Shown piece by piece: positions 9,546 through 18,036 of a stretch of DNA of 32,000 nucleotides. Source of the stretch: Pirellula staleyi DSM 6068 (GTDB lineage: Bacteria > Planctomycetota > Planctomycetia > Pirellulales > Pirellulaceae); the NCBI GenBank assembly GCA_000025185.1, contig CP001848.1, forward strand, positions 6,120,001 through 6,152,000, in the 5' to 3' direction. The notes beneath the pieces are model-generated. The model worked only from the letters and a program-made list of their open reading frames with translations, did not search any database and was not told the DNA's origin. The translations under genes were made by a program, and so were the position numbers. The stretch's first letter is position 1. Every line of letters starts with the position of its first letter.

Positions 9546-10640
9546 ATGTCGAAGAACTCGAAACTCGGACTCAAGCCCATCTCGAAGCCTCGCACGTCGC
9601 GCCGACGACTAGGAATTGAGTCGCTTGAAAAACGCGAACTGATGGCAGGCAACGTCACCGCTGTCCTCAACAAGGGGACGCTCACCATCACGGGCGACTC
9701 GCTCGGCAACGGCTTTATCATCGAAGGGACCGACGATCCCAAGGTCGTTCGCATCGTGGGGACCGCGCAAGCTGGTGGCGACACCACCATCAACGGCAGC
9801 TCGTACATCGAGATCAGCGGTGTCACGAAGCAAATCAACGTGAATACCAATGGTGGCGACGACAACGTCGTCGTCATGGGGACCGGCGGGACTGCGATGA
9901 CCATCAATCGCAACCTGAAGATCGAAACTGGTTCTGGCAACGACTCGGTGACAATCGGTCAGGCTGGGAGCACCGATACGGAACAGACCAGTTCTCCACT
10001 CGCTCAGTCGGTGAACATCACTGGCTATCTTTACATCAAGACCGAAGCGGGTGACGACACGATCGCGATTGCGAACACGAAAGTGCGCAGCCTCACAACG
10101 ATTGATACCGGCGATGGGGACGACAGCTTACTGTTTCCCACCACCTCACCCGACGACGATGACAGCGACAGCGACGAAGAGGTGTTTGCGGTCGATATCA
10201 CAGGGAATATTCAGCTCCGTATGGGAGATGGAGAGGACACCGTCAGTGGCTCGAATGTGAAGGGTGCGAAGGACCTGCAGATCTTTGACTATGAAGGGGC
10301 AGCCGATATCGTGCTCACCGATTTCACGATCAAGTCGAAGATTCAAATCGTGACGGGAAATGAGCTCGATACGATCGAACTCGACAACGTGAAAACGAAC
10401 ACGATGCAGATTGCGACCAACGACGGGGACGACCAAATCCACGTCGACAATGGCGAGTACAAGAGTCTGCTGATTCGCGCTGGCGATGGCTACGACGCAA
10501 TCACGATCAGCGACACGAAAACCACCAGTGGCACGCAAATCCAAGGAGAAAAGGGGGGCGGAACCCTTTTGCTGCAAGGCTATAACCAGCTTCGCAAGCT
10601 GAAGAAGAAGGGGCTCACCCAGCTCGAGAATATTGCTTAG
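9546..10640 (+). CDS. Secreted repeat protein with a planctomycete-type N-terminal leader and about 8 GxGxD-type (calcium-binding-like) repeats
   Basis: The ATG at 9546 gives MSKNSKLGLKPISKPRTSRRRLGIESLEKRELMAG. The body then repeats a hydrophobic-strand plus T/A-G-D/S/N-G-D/N/E-D-x-V/I unit: TNGGDDNVVV, TGSGNDSVTI, TEAGDDTIAI, TGDGDDSLLF, MGDGEDTVSG, TNDGDDQIHV, AGDGYDAITI. An acidic patch SPDDDDSDSDEE is also present. Confidence 0.8.
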   Translation: MSKNSKLGLKPISKPRTSRRRLGIESLEKRELMAGNVTAVLNKGTLTITGDSLGNGFIIEGTDDPKVVRIVGTAQAGGDTTINGSSYIEISGVTKQINVNTNGGDDNVVVMGTGGTAMTINRNLKIETGSGNDSVTIGQAGSTDTEQTSSPLAQSVNITGYLYIKTEAGDDTIAIANTKVRSLTTIDTGDGDDSLLFPTTSPDDDDSDSDEEVFAVDITGNIQLRMGDGEDTVSGSNVKGAKDLQIFDYEGAADIVLTDFTIKSKIQIVTGNELDTIELDNVKTNTMQIATNDGDDQIHVDNGEYKSLLIRAGDGYDAITISDTKTTSGTQIQGEKGGGTLLLQGYNQLRKLKKKGLTQLENIA

Positions 10641-10678
10641 CGCAGTGACTTAGCTAGGCGATTAATAACCAGCGCTTT

Positions 10679-10708
10679 AGGTCGGGTCCCCGCGAGGGGA
10701 CCTCACCT
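10679..10708. terminator. GC-rich hairpin between convergent genes (possible U-tract-less terminator)
   Basis: ggtcccc (10685-10691), loop gcga, ggggacc (10696-10702), with outer aggt/acct pairs. There is no T-run on either strand. Confidence 0.3.
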
Positions 10709-10747
10709 ACGCTGAATTGCCAGCAGAAATGGCACGCGGCGGAGCGG

Positions 10748-12559
10748 TTATTCTTCGCCGGTGTCGAGCACGGCCATGAAGGCTTTTTGCGGGATATCGA
10801 CCGAGCCGATCGACTTCATCCGCTTCTTACCCTCTTTCTGCTTGGCCCACAGTTTGCGTTTGCGGGTGATGTCGCCGCCGTAGCATTTGGCGGTGACGTT
10901 CTTACGCATCGCCGGAACGGTTTCGCGAGCAATCACGCGCGTGCCGATGGCGGCTTGCACAGCCACCTCGAACATGTGCCGCTCGATCTCGGCCTTCAGA
11001 CGTTTGCAAACACCACGACCACGGCGATCGGCATCTCCCCGGTGACAAATTACGCTGAGTGCATCGACACGTTTGGCATTCACCAAAATGTCCATGCGAA
11101 CGAGGTCGGCAGGCTCGTAGCCCTTGAGCTCGTAGTCCATGGTGCCGTAACCACGAGTGGCGCTTTTCAGTTTGTCGTGCAGGTCATAAATCACTTCGGC
11201 GAGTGGAATGTCATAGACCAGCATCGTGCGCGTCGGCGAGAGATACTCGGTACGGACCTGAATACCGCGGCGATCTTGGCAGAGCTTCATCACTGGACCG
11301 ATAAAGTCGGTCGGCTGAATCAAGCTGACGCGCACGATCGGCTGGCGGAACTCTTCAATGTTGCCTGAATCGGGAACATCCTGTGGCTTATGAATCATGC
11401 GGACTTCGCCGCCGCGCATCACCACTTCGTAGGTGACGTTCGGAGCGGTTTGCACCAGGTCGACGTCGCTCTCGGTTTCGAGCCGCTGCTGCACAATTTC
11501 CATGTGCAACAGTCCTAGAAATCCGCAGCGAAAACCAAACCCCAGCGCGTCGCTCGTTTCGGGTTCGAACTCAAAACTGGGATCGTTGATCGCTAGTTTT
11601 TCTAGCGCGTCGCGCAGTTCGGTGAAGTCCTGGCCATCCGAGGGATAGAGCCCGCAGTACACCATGCGCTTTGGCTCTTTGTAACCCGGCAGCGCCGGGG
11701 CAGCGCGATCGCCTGGCAGTGTGACCGTGTCGCCAATATGCACCAGGTCGAGCGATTTGATGTTGCAGATCAAATAGCCCACCTGCCCTGCTTCGAGCGC
11801 ATCACAAGCACGCTTGTGGGGAACAAACTGTCCCATCTCCACCACTTCGTGCGTGCTGTTGGTGTAGAGGAAGCGAATCTTCTCCCCCTTTTTCACCTTG
11901 CCAGCCATAACGCGAACGTAGGTGATAGCGCCCCGGTAGTCGTCGTAATGCGAGTCGAACACCATCGCTTGGAGTGGCGCTTCGAGTTCACTCACTGGAG
12001 GCGGAATGCGATCGATCAGGGCGTCGCACAGTTCCTGGATGCCAATGCCGGTCTTGGCGCTTACCTTCAAAACGGTCGAGGGATCGATCCCTAGAGTTTG
12101 TTCCATTTCGACGAGCACTTCGTCGACGCGGGCATTCACGAGGTCGATTTTATTGATGATCGGAACGATGGTGAGTCCCGCGTTCATCGCCGCGAAAGCG
12201 TTGGCGAGCGTTTGCGCCTCGACACCTTGGGCAGCATCGACCACCAGGATCGCACCTTCACAGCATGCGAGCGAGCGGGAGACTTCATAATGAAAGTCGA
12301 CGTGGCCGGGAGTATCGATGAGATTCATCTCGAACTCGACACCATCGCGCACATAGGCCATGCGTACTGCGCGGGCTTTGATGGTGATGCCACGATCGCG
12401 CTCGAGCTGCATGTCGTCGAGAAGTTGCGCTTGCATCTCGCGCTTGGCGACGGTGCCGGTGAACTCCAGCAGACGATCGGCCAGCGTGCTTTTGCCATGG
12501 TCAATATGGGCGACGATGCAAAAATTTCGGATCTGTTTGGGGGCGGCAACTTTAGCCAT
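10748..12559 (-). CDS. lepA: Translation elongation factor 4 (LepA)
   Basis: The 603-aa product has the GTPase motifs AHIDHGKST, DTPGH and NKID, and the LepA-specific C-terminus (...KCYGGDITRKRKLWAKQKEGKKRMK). Confidence 0.98.
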   Translation of the reverse strand: MAKVAAPKQIRNFCIVAHIDHGKSTLADRLLEFTGTVAKREMQAQLLDDMQLERDRGITIKARAVRMAYVRDGVEFEMNLIDTPGHVDFHYEVSRSLACCEGAILVVDAAQGVEAQTLANAFAAMNAGLTIVPIINKIDLVNARVDEVLVEMEQTLGIDPSTVLKVSAKTGIGIQELCDALIDRIPPPVSELEAPLQAMVFDSHYDDYRGAITYVRVMAGKVKKGEKIRFLYTNSTHEVVEMGQFVPHKRACDALEAGQVGYLICNIKSLDLVHIGDTVTLPGDRAAPALPGYKEPKRMVYCGLYPSDGQDFTELRDALEKLAINDPSFEFEPETSDALGFGFRCGFLGLLHMEIVQQRLETESDVDLVQTAPNVTYEVVMRGGEVRMIHKPQDVPDSGNIEEFRQPIVRVSLIQPTDFIGPVMKLCQDRRGIQVRTEYLSPTRTMLVYDIPLAEVIYDLHDKLKSATRGYGTMDYELKGYEPADLVRMDILVNAKRVDALSVICHRGDADRRGRGVCKRLKAEIERHMFEVAVQAAIGTRVIARETVPAMRKNVTAKCYGGDITRKRKLWAKQKEGKKRMKSIGSVDIPQKAFMAVLDTGEE

Positions 12560-12699
12560 AGGGAGCGAACCGTTTCAGCAGACAGCGGCGAAATGCAAAC
12601 CATTCGAGCAGGACAAACTTGTCGCTCGCAGCATCTTAGGGATGGCGACAAGCGAACCAGCGATCGCGCGGCATCAGCGCGGGTGCGAGACCGTGCAAA

Positions 12700-13728
12700 T
12701 CAGCCTCGCTTTTTGTGATGGTCGACGCGGGCGATCCCGGCGGCGCCGATAAATCCGGCATCTCCCCCGAGCATCGCAAAATCGATCGTAGTCCGCTGGG
12801 CAGGAATGCGAAAGGCGTACTGCGTCACGCCAGCCCGAATCGAGCCCAGAAAGCGTCGCCCCAAGGGAGACTGATGTCCCCCAAAATTCATTGCCCCGCC
12901 GAGCACCACCGCCCCGGGATCGATGGTGTGCATCAAGCTGGTGATTCCCACTGCGAGATAATGGGCTAGCTCATCGATCAGCTCAATGGAAAACAGATCC
13001 CCCTTCTCCGCCTCCTGGGCAATGAGCAGGGCCGAGAGTTCTTCATCGGCATCCAGTCGCACACGAATCGACGTATCTCTCCCCGTGGAAAGAAGTTCCG
13101 ACGCACGACGCACCAGGGCCGTGGCGCTACAGTACCCTTCTAAATGCCCCGGCTGACCACAGGGGCAAACTCGCGCCGTGGGGTTACAGTCGATGATGAT
13201 ATGCCCGCATTCGCTGCCGTGGCTGTTTTCGCCATCGATCGACATATCGCCGATGATAATGCCCCCACCAACGCCCGTTCCTAGGGTCAGTAAGATCATG
13301 CTATGAAAGGCTTTACCACTGCCGACCCAAAACTCGCCATACGCGGCGGCGTTGGCGTCGTTGGCAAAGCTGACCGGCAGTCCGAAGGCAAGCGAAACAC
13401 ATTCGCGAATCGGAAAATGGAACCAGTGCGGCAGATTATGGGGCTCGAGGATTCGCCCTGCTTTAATATCGAGCGTTCCCGGTGTTCCGAGTCCAACGGC
13501 CGCCAAATCCGAGATCTTAAGTCCCAATTTGGCAAGCATTTCGGACACAAACGAGTGCGCCCGGCGAACAGCGTCGGCTGGTCCTGCCGATTCGTTGGTC
13601 GGAATCGATCCCCGGGCCAGAACGCGTCCCCGATCGTCGACGATACCAAGCTTAAGGTTGGTCCCTCCGACATCAAATCCGAGGAAGAGGGGCTGTTGTG
13701 CTTTGTCGAGCGAAACGGTCTCGTACAC
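12700..13728 (-). CDS. ROK family sugar kinase (glucokinase/N-acetylhexosamine kinase-like)
   Basis: The product has the ATP-binding motif FDVGGTNLKLG, the GTGVGGG motif, and the ROK zinc motif GHIIID...CPCGQPGHLEGYCS. Confidence 0.9.
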   Translation of the reverse strand: MYETVSLDKAQQPLFLGFDVGGTNLKLGIVDDRGRVLARGSIPTNESAGPADAVRRAHSFVSEMLAKLGLKISDLAAVGLGTPGTLDIKAGRILEPHNLPHWFHFPIRECVSLAFGLPVSFANDANAAAYGEFWVGSGKAFHSMILLTLGTGVGGGIIIGDMSIDGENSHGSECGHIIIDCNPTARVCPCGQPGHLEGYCSATALVRRASELLSTGRDTSIRVRLDADEELSALLIAQEAEKGDLFSIELIDELAHYLAVGITSLMHTIDPGAVVLGGAMNFGGHQSPLGRRFLGSIRAGVTQYAFRIPAQRTTIDFAMLGGDAGFIGAAGIARVDHHKKRG

Positions 13729-13905
13729 GCTCGGAACCTTTCATCGTACGTCAGAAGTGCTGATCCTGCCAATGGTTTGCGAAAGTATAAAGCCTCGATG
13801 GTCCCGTGAACAACCGTCTTCGACTTGCTACCACTGGTAGGATTGCGGCAAGCGACCAACAGCAGCCCCTTTCCCGACATTGACCGACCACCCAGAGAGT
13901 TTTCG

Positions 13906-14622
13906 ATGACCTCGCTGACTAGCGTCCCTTTTCCCAAACTCGACGTGCTGGTGGTGGCTCCGCACCCCGACGATGCTGAACTTGGCTGCGGTGGCACGAT
14001 TCTGAAATTGCGGGCCGAAGGAAAGAAAGTCGGTGTGCTTGATCTCACCAGTGGTGAGCCCACACCCCACGGATCGCTCGAGATTCGCGCCTCGGAAACT
14101 GCTCGAGCTACCGAAATCCTCGGGCTCGATTGGCGCGGCAATCTGGGGCTGCCCAATCGCATGCTCGAGCACACCCTCGAGGCTCGCAAAGCCTTGGCCA
14201 GTCTGATTCGTCAACTTCGCCCCGTTTGGCTGTTTGCTCCGTACTGGGAGGATGCTCATCCCGATCACGTTGCGGCAACTCCGCTGATCGAGGCAGCCCG
14301 CTTTTGGGCCAAGCTCAGTAAGACCGATATGCCGGGCGAACCGTGGCATCCCGCACGGGTTTATCACTACTACTGCGTCCATTTGAAGATGGTGCCGCAG
14401 CCCGCCTTTGTGGTCGATATCAGCGACGTGTGGGAACAGAAAATCGCTTCGATTGCGGCCTACGAAAGCCAGTTCATCACTGGCCGCACTGCCACCCCCA
14501 CGTTCCTCGAGCGACTCCGCGAAGAAGCCGCCTTTTGGGGCAAATCGATTGGCGTGAACTATGGCGAGCCCATCACCAGCCGCGAACCGATCGGCATGAA
14601 AAGCCTCGCCTCGCTGGTGTGA
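13906..14622 (+). CDS. PIG-L family deacetylase (BshB1-like)
   Basis: The ATG at 13906 gives MTSLTSVPFPKLDVLVVAPHPDDAELGCGGT (HPDD motif). The later HPDH motif (WEDAHPDHVAA) is also present. The size of about 238 aa is typical. Confidence 0.9.
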   Translation: MTSLTSVPFPKLDVLVVAPHPDDAELGCGGTILKLRAEGKKVGVLDLTSGEPTPHGSLEIRASETARATEILGLDWRGNLGLPNRMLEHTLEARKALASLIRQLRPVWLFAPYWEDAHPDHVAATPLIEAARFWAKLSKTDMPGEPWHPARVYHYYCVHLKMVPQPAFVVDISDVWEQKIASIAAYESQFITGRTATPTFLERLREEAAFWGKSIGVNYGEPITSREPIGMKSLASLV

Positions 14623-14925
14623 TGAAACCAGGGCAAGCATGTGCAACCGCGCTCTATACCACAGACGCTGCGTGGGACTTTCAGACCCCACCGAAATTCC
14701 CCAAACAACCACAAACAACGCTCAATATAGGTACAAAACAAGCACCTAATAGCTTGATTGTATGGTGTAACGAGCTTGTAATGGAGAGCAAAAATCGCTT
14801 GAGGCATTCCGCAGAGACGCCTACAATGAGGGGCGAGCAATCCCCCATCAAGAAGACTCTTTTCATACTCGCGGCACCGCAAAGCAGTTCTCTTTTTTGC
14901 AAACCTCTCCATCTCGGGCGGAAGC

Positions 14926-15342
14926 ATGACTCAGAAACAGACTTCGTTCTGGCCACTTCTTCGTTTTCTTGTCCTGCTGAGCAGCGTGGGTTTAACCAGT
15001 GCAATCGGCTGCGGCAGTAGTGGTGAATTTGGCACAGCCAGCGCTAGCGGAACGGTCACCTTGAATGGACAGCCGGTGCCCGACTTGGTCGTCACCTTTA
15101 CCCCCAAGCCTGCCGCTGGAAACACTAATCCCGGTAAATCGGCGACCGGGCGCACCGATGCGCAAGGCAAGTTCACCTTGTCGACCTACAGCATGGGCGA
15201 CGGAGCAATTGTCGGCTCCCACCAAGTGGCTGTCAGCTTAGATGGCCCCAATCCAACTCCACCGGGCAAGCTGCCGGACAACTACATTCTCGAAGTCAAA
15301 TCCGGAAGTAATGACTTCGAAATTACGTTGTCTCCCTACTAA
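14926..15342 (+). CDS. Small lipoprotein with a carboxypeptidase-regulatory-like (Ig-like beta-sandwich) domain
   Basis: The signal peptide has a lipobox-like LTSAIGC. GTVTLNGQPVPDLVVTFTP...GRTDAQGKFTLS is typical of CarboxypepD_reg-like small lipoproteins. As I recall, these accompany DUF1559 genes in planctomycetes. Confidence 0.75.
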   Translation: MTQKQTSFWPLLRFLVLLSSVGLTSAIGCGSSGEFGTASASGTVTLNGQPVPDLVVTFTPKPAAGNTNPGKSATGRTDAQGKFTLSTYSMGDGAIVGSHQVAVSLDGPNPTPPGKLPDNYILEVKSGSNDFEITLSPY

Positions 15343-15480
15343 TTTCAGAGGAGCACCTATCCTCTTTTGCTGATGACGATCCTTGGGATCTTCATCCAAC
15401 CACGGCTCATCACACGAATCATTCTTTGAGCATGACCTTTATTGACTCATTCTTCTGTTCCTTTCCTTGGGGTCCCTGAC

Positions 15481-16449
15481 ATGAAGACACTATTCCAACT
15501 AAAAAACGTGCGTCAAAGAGTCAGAGAGAGAATTCAGCAGCGTGCATTTACGCTCGTTGAACTCCTGGTGGTGATTGCGATCATCGGCGTGCTCGTCGCG
15601 TTGCTGCTACCAGCGGTTCAAGCTGCCCGTGAGGCTGCCCGACGCATGCAGTGCGGCAACAACCTGAAACAGATCGGCATTGCAATTCACAACTATCACG
15701 ACACCAACAACTCCTTCCCACCATCGGCGGTGAAAGAGAAGTTGCAAGACGGGGGTGGCAGTGCCCAAGCGCTGGTATGGAGCGGATCAATCCTCCCCTT
15801 CATCGAGCAGAAGAACATGTTTGACTCGATTGTTGGGATGGGTTTCGGCATCAACTGGGCAGACGATAGCACCAACGAATTGATACTCCGCACCAAACTG
15901 CCAGCATTCCAATGCCCTTCTTCGCCTGACATGGGCCAGACCTGGGATGATGGAAGTGCCACTGCACGTCATCGTGCAAGCTATGGCTGTGTTGTTACGG
16001 GCACAGTCGGCTTTACTATCACCAGCAATGCAACCAACGGCGAAAGTAAGCACCACATGGACGATGGTGGCTACGGTCACGCTCGTTGGAATGGTCCATT
16101 TTTGATGCAGAACAACACCACCACCTTCGGCGATATTATCGACGGCTCGAGCAACACGCTTTTTGTCGGTGAACGCTATCGCGATAAAGCAACGAACCGG
16201 AACTACATTTACGTCGGCACTCCCAACGGCCAAGACGAGCATGCACGCTGGTCCGGCTCCACAGGCATTCAGCTCAATTCGCTCGATACTGGCACACAGG
16301 GTTTCGCTGGCTTTCACAGCGCGCATCCGAGCGGAGCTCAGTTTGCTGTGGGGGACGGTTCTGTTCGATTGATTAACGAGAACGTCGATCGCTATATCTA
16401 CGCGTGCCTCGGCACGCGCAACGGCGGCGAAGCTGTGCAGATTCCGTAA
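15481..16449 (+). CDS. DUF1559 protein with a prepilin-type N-terminal methylation domain (H-X9-DG pseudopilin family)
   Basis: The N-terminus is RAFTLVELLVVIAIIGVLVALLLPAVQAAREAARRMQCGNNLKQIGIAIHNYHD. The H-X9-DG motif is HPSGAQFAVGDG (His codon 16324-16326, DG at 16354-16359). The ATG at 15481 is preferred over the TTG at 15442. Confidence 0.92.
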   Translation: MKTLFQLKNVRQRVRERIQQRAFTLVELLVVIAIIGVLVALLLPAVQAAREAARRMQCGNNLKQIGIAIHNYHDTNNSFPPSAVKEKLQDGGGSAQALVWSGSILPFIEQKNMFDSIVGMGFGINWADDSTNELILRTKLPAFQCPSSPDMGQTWDDGSATARHRASYGCVVTGTVGFTITSNATNGESKHHMDDGGYGHARWNGPFLMQNNTTTFGDIIDGSSNTLFVGERYRDKATNRNYIYVGTPNGQDEHARWSGSTGIQLNSLDTGTQGFAGFHSAHPSGAQFAVGDGSVRLINENVDRYIYACLGTRNGGEAVQIP

Positions 16450-16524
16450 CCCGGAGCTGATGTTATGTCTCAGCGAGCAGCATCGACTTGAACGGTGCTG
16501 AAAATGTCACTGGATTGATCATTG

Positions 16525-16558
16525 AGGCGGCACGAGTGAAACATTCGGCCGCCTTTTT
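16525..16558 (+). terminator. Rho-independent terminator after the DUF1559 gene
   Basis: aggcggc (16525-16531) pairs with gccgcct (16548-16554), followed by a T-run to 16558. Confidence 0.7.
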
Positions 16559-16787
16559 CGTGCGCGATCGACGCGAGATGTGCAAAGCGATAGATCAGGG
16601 TAGCTAGCAGTGGGAAGAGGCTGTTGGGCGCGATAGTTCAGAGCGTTTCTGCTGAAAAACTGGCGAAGCTACAGGGAGTTTGCCGATAAACGCGACTGTT
16701 CGGGCCTACTAGCGCGCCGAGGGATGTCGTATTTGCTGCGACAGCGGGTGCTAGCGGGGCGAAGCTGAGCAGGGATGGCTCGCGGCA

Positions 16788-17915
16788 ATGCGAAACGGAT
16801 TTTCACTACTGATGCTCCTCGCCTGCGCGACACTGGTCGCCGCTGGGAGTGGCTGTAGTGCGTTTCCCGATCGCGTCGTTCAGCCGCAGTATCACAATCC
16901 GTTTCCGCAGCTCTACAAAATCGCAATCTTGCCGTTCTACAACCAGTCGGACGAACCGACGGTGGATGGCGACGAGATTGCCATGGCCTACTACAACGAA
17001 TTGCAAGCAATTCCCGGCTTTGAAGTGATGCCGGTCGGTGTGGCCAAGCAATTGCTGCGGGCCAGTGGCATCGAGCCTCGCACGGGGAGCGATTTCCAGG
17101 AGCTAGCAGCTCGCATGGGGGTCGATGCGGTGCTGATTGGCAGCATCACGGAGTATTCCCCCTACTATCCGCCGCGAATGGGTCTGGCGGTCGACTGGTA
17201 TGCCGCCAATCCAGGGTTTCACCCGATTCCGCCTGGCTATGGCCTACCGTTTGGCACCGCCGACGAAGAGTTCATTCCCACGCCGCTGGTGCGCGAAGCC
17301 GAGTTCGCGCTCGCTCGCGAGCAGCTGAAAACGCAAACACCGGTGCCACCGGCAGTGCCGCAGTCGAGCCGCTCGCGCACTCCTACGCACGAAGCATCGC
17401 ACACAGCTGGCAACAAGCTGCGTAGCGACAAGAATCCAGCACCCTCCAGCACCGATGCCGTGGGAACGGGTGTTGCGGAGGCATCAACCGGTTCTCTGCG
17501 AGAGCGCTCGCACGGTCGACTGGCTGATGGTGGTCAGCCAGCAACAGCAGCGATGTCGCCAGCAGCTCCACTGGGTCCTCCGAGCGACTTGCCGAGCGAC
17601 TGGCCCGACCCGCGCGGTTTCATTCCGCTAGCTCCTTCTCCGGAGCGTCCCCCATGGCGCCCTCAGAGCGACCCGATTGTTTCGCACACTCGGATTTATC
17701 GTGGTCAGGACGCAGAGTTTACCGAACGCTTGGCAAACTATTTCTATTTTCGGGATGACGCCCGATTCGGCGGTTGGGAAGGATATCTGCAACGTCCCGA
17801 AGATTTCGTCCGTTTTTGCTGCCATTTGCATGTGACTGAAACGCTCGCAGCGAGAGGTGGGGCAATGCCGGGGCGAGTGGTGTGGCGCTGGCCAATTAGC
17901 CGATATGACCGGTGA
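16788..17915 (+). CDS. Lipoprotein with an LpoB/DUF799-like N-terminal domain, a Pro/Ser-rich linker and an unknown C-terminal domain
   Basis: The signal peptide has a lipobox-like AAGSGC. YKIAILPFYNQSDEP...YYNELQAIPGFEVMPVGVAKQLL...GVDAVLIGSITEY resembles LpoB/DUF799-type lipoprotein folds by eye only. A low-complexity linker of about 110 aa follows. The C-terminus is FYFRDDARFGGWEGYLQRPEDFVRFCCHLH. Confidence 0.72.
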   Translation: MRNGFSLLMLLACATLVAAGSGCSAFPDRVVQPQYHNPFPQLYKIAILPFYNQSDEPTVDGDEIAMAYYNELQAIPGFEVMPVGVAKQLLRASGIEPRTGSDFQELAARMGVDAVLIGSITEYSPYYPPRMGLAVDWYAANPGFHPIPPGYGLPFGTADEEFIPTPLVREAEFALAREQLKTQTPVPPAVPQSSRSRTPTHEASHTAGNKLRSDKNPAPSSTDAVGTGVAEASTGSLRERSHGRLADGGQPATAAMSPAAPLGPPSDLPSDWPDPRGFIPLAPSPERPPWRPQSDPIVSHTRIYRGQDAEFTERLANYFYFRDDARFGGWEGYLQRPEDFVRFCCHLHVTETLAARGGAMPGRVVWRWPISRYDR

Positions 17916-18036
17916 CGCACAAACGGCACGTAAGTCACCCGCAGCGTAACTACCCAACTACTATCGCTGCCAGCTACTAGCACGCGTGGAAAACCAGATC
18001 CTCGCCGCTGATAGCAAGTGATCTGCCAGCCGGTTT

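Noticed and set aside
11555-11575. ggttcgaactc, a T-arm-like tRNA motif
   Set aside because: It lies inside the lepA coding sequence and has no cloverleaf context.
13296-14718. Two long minus-strand ORFs (13296-14189 and 13828-14718) spanning the ROK/PIG-L divergent region
   Set aside because: They are antisense to, or overlap, well-supported ROK and PIG-L genes and cross the promoter region. The products are Ser/Arg/Pro-rich with no motifs.
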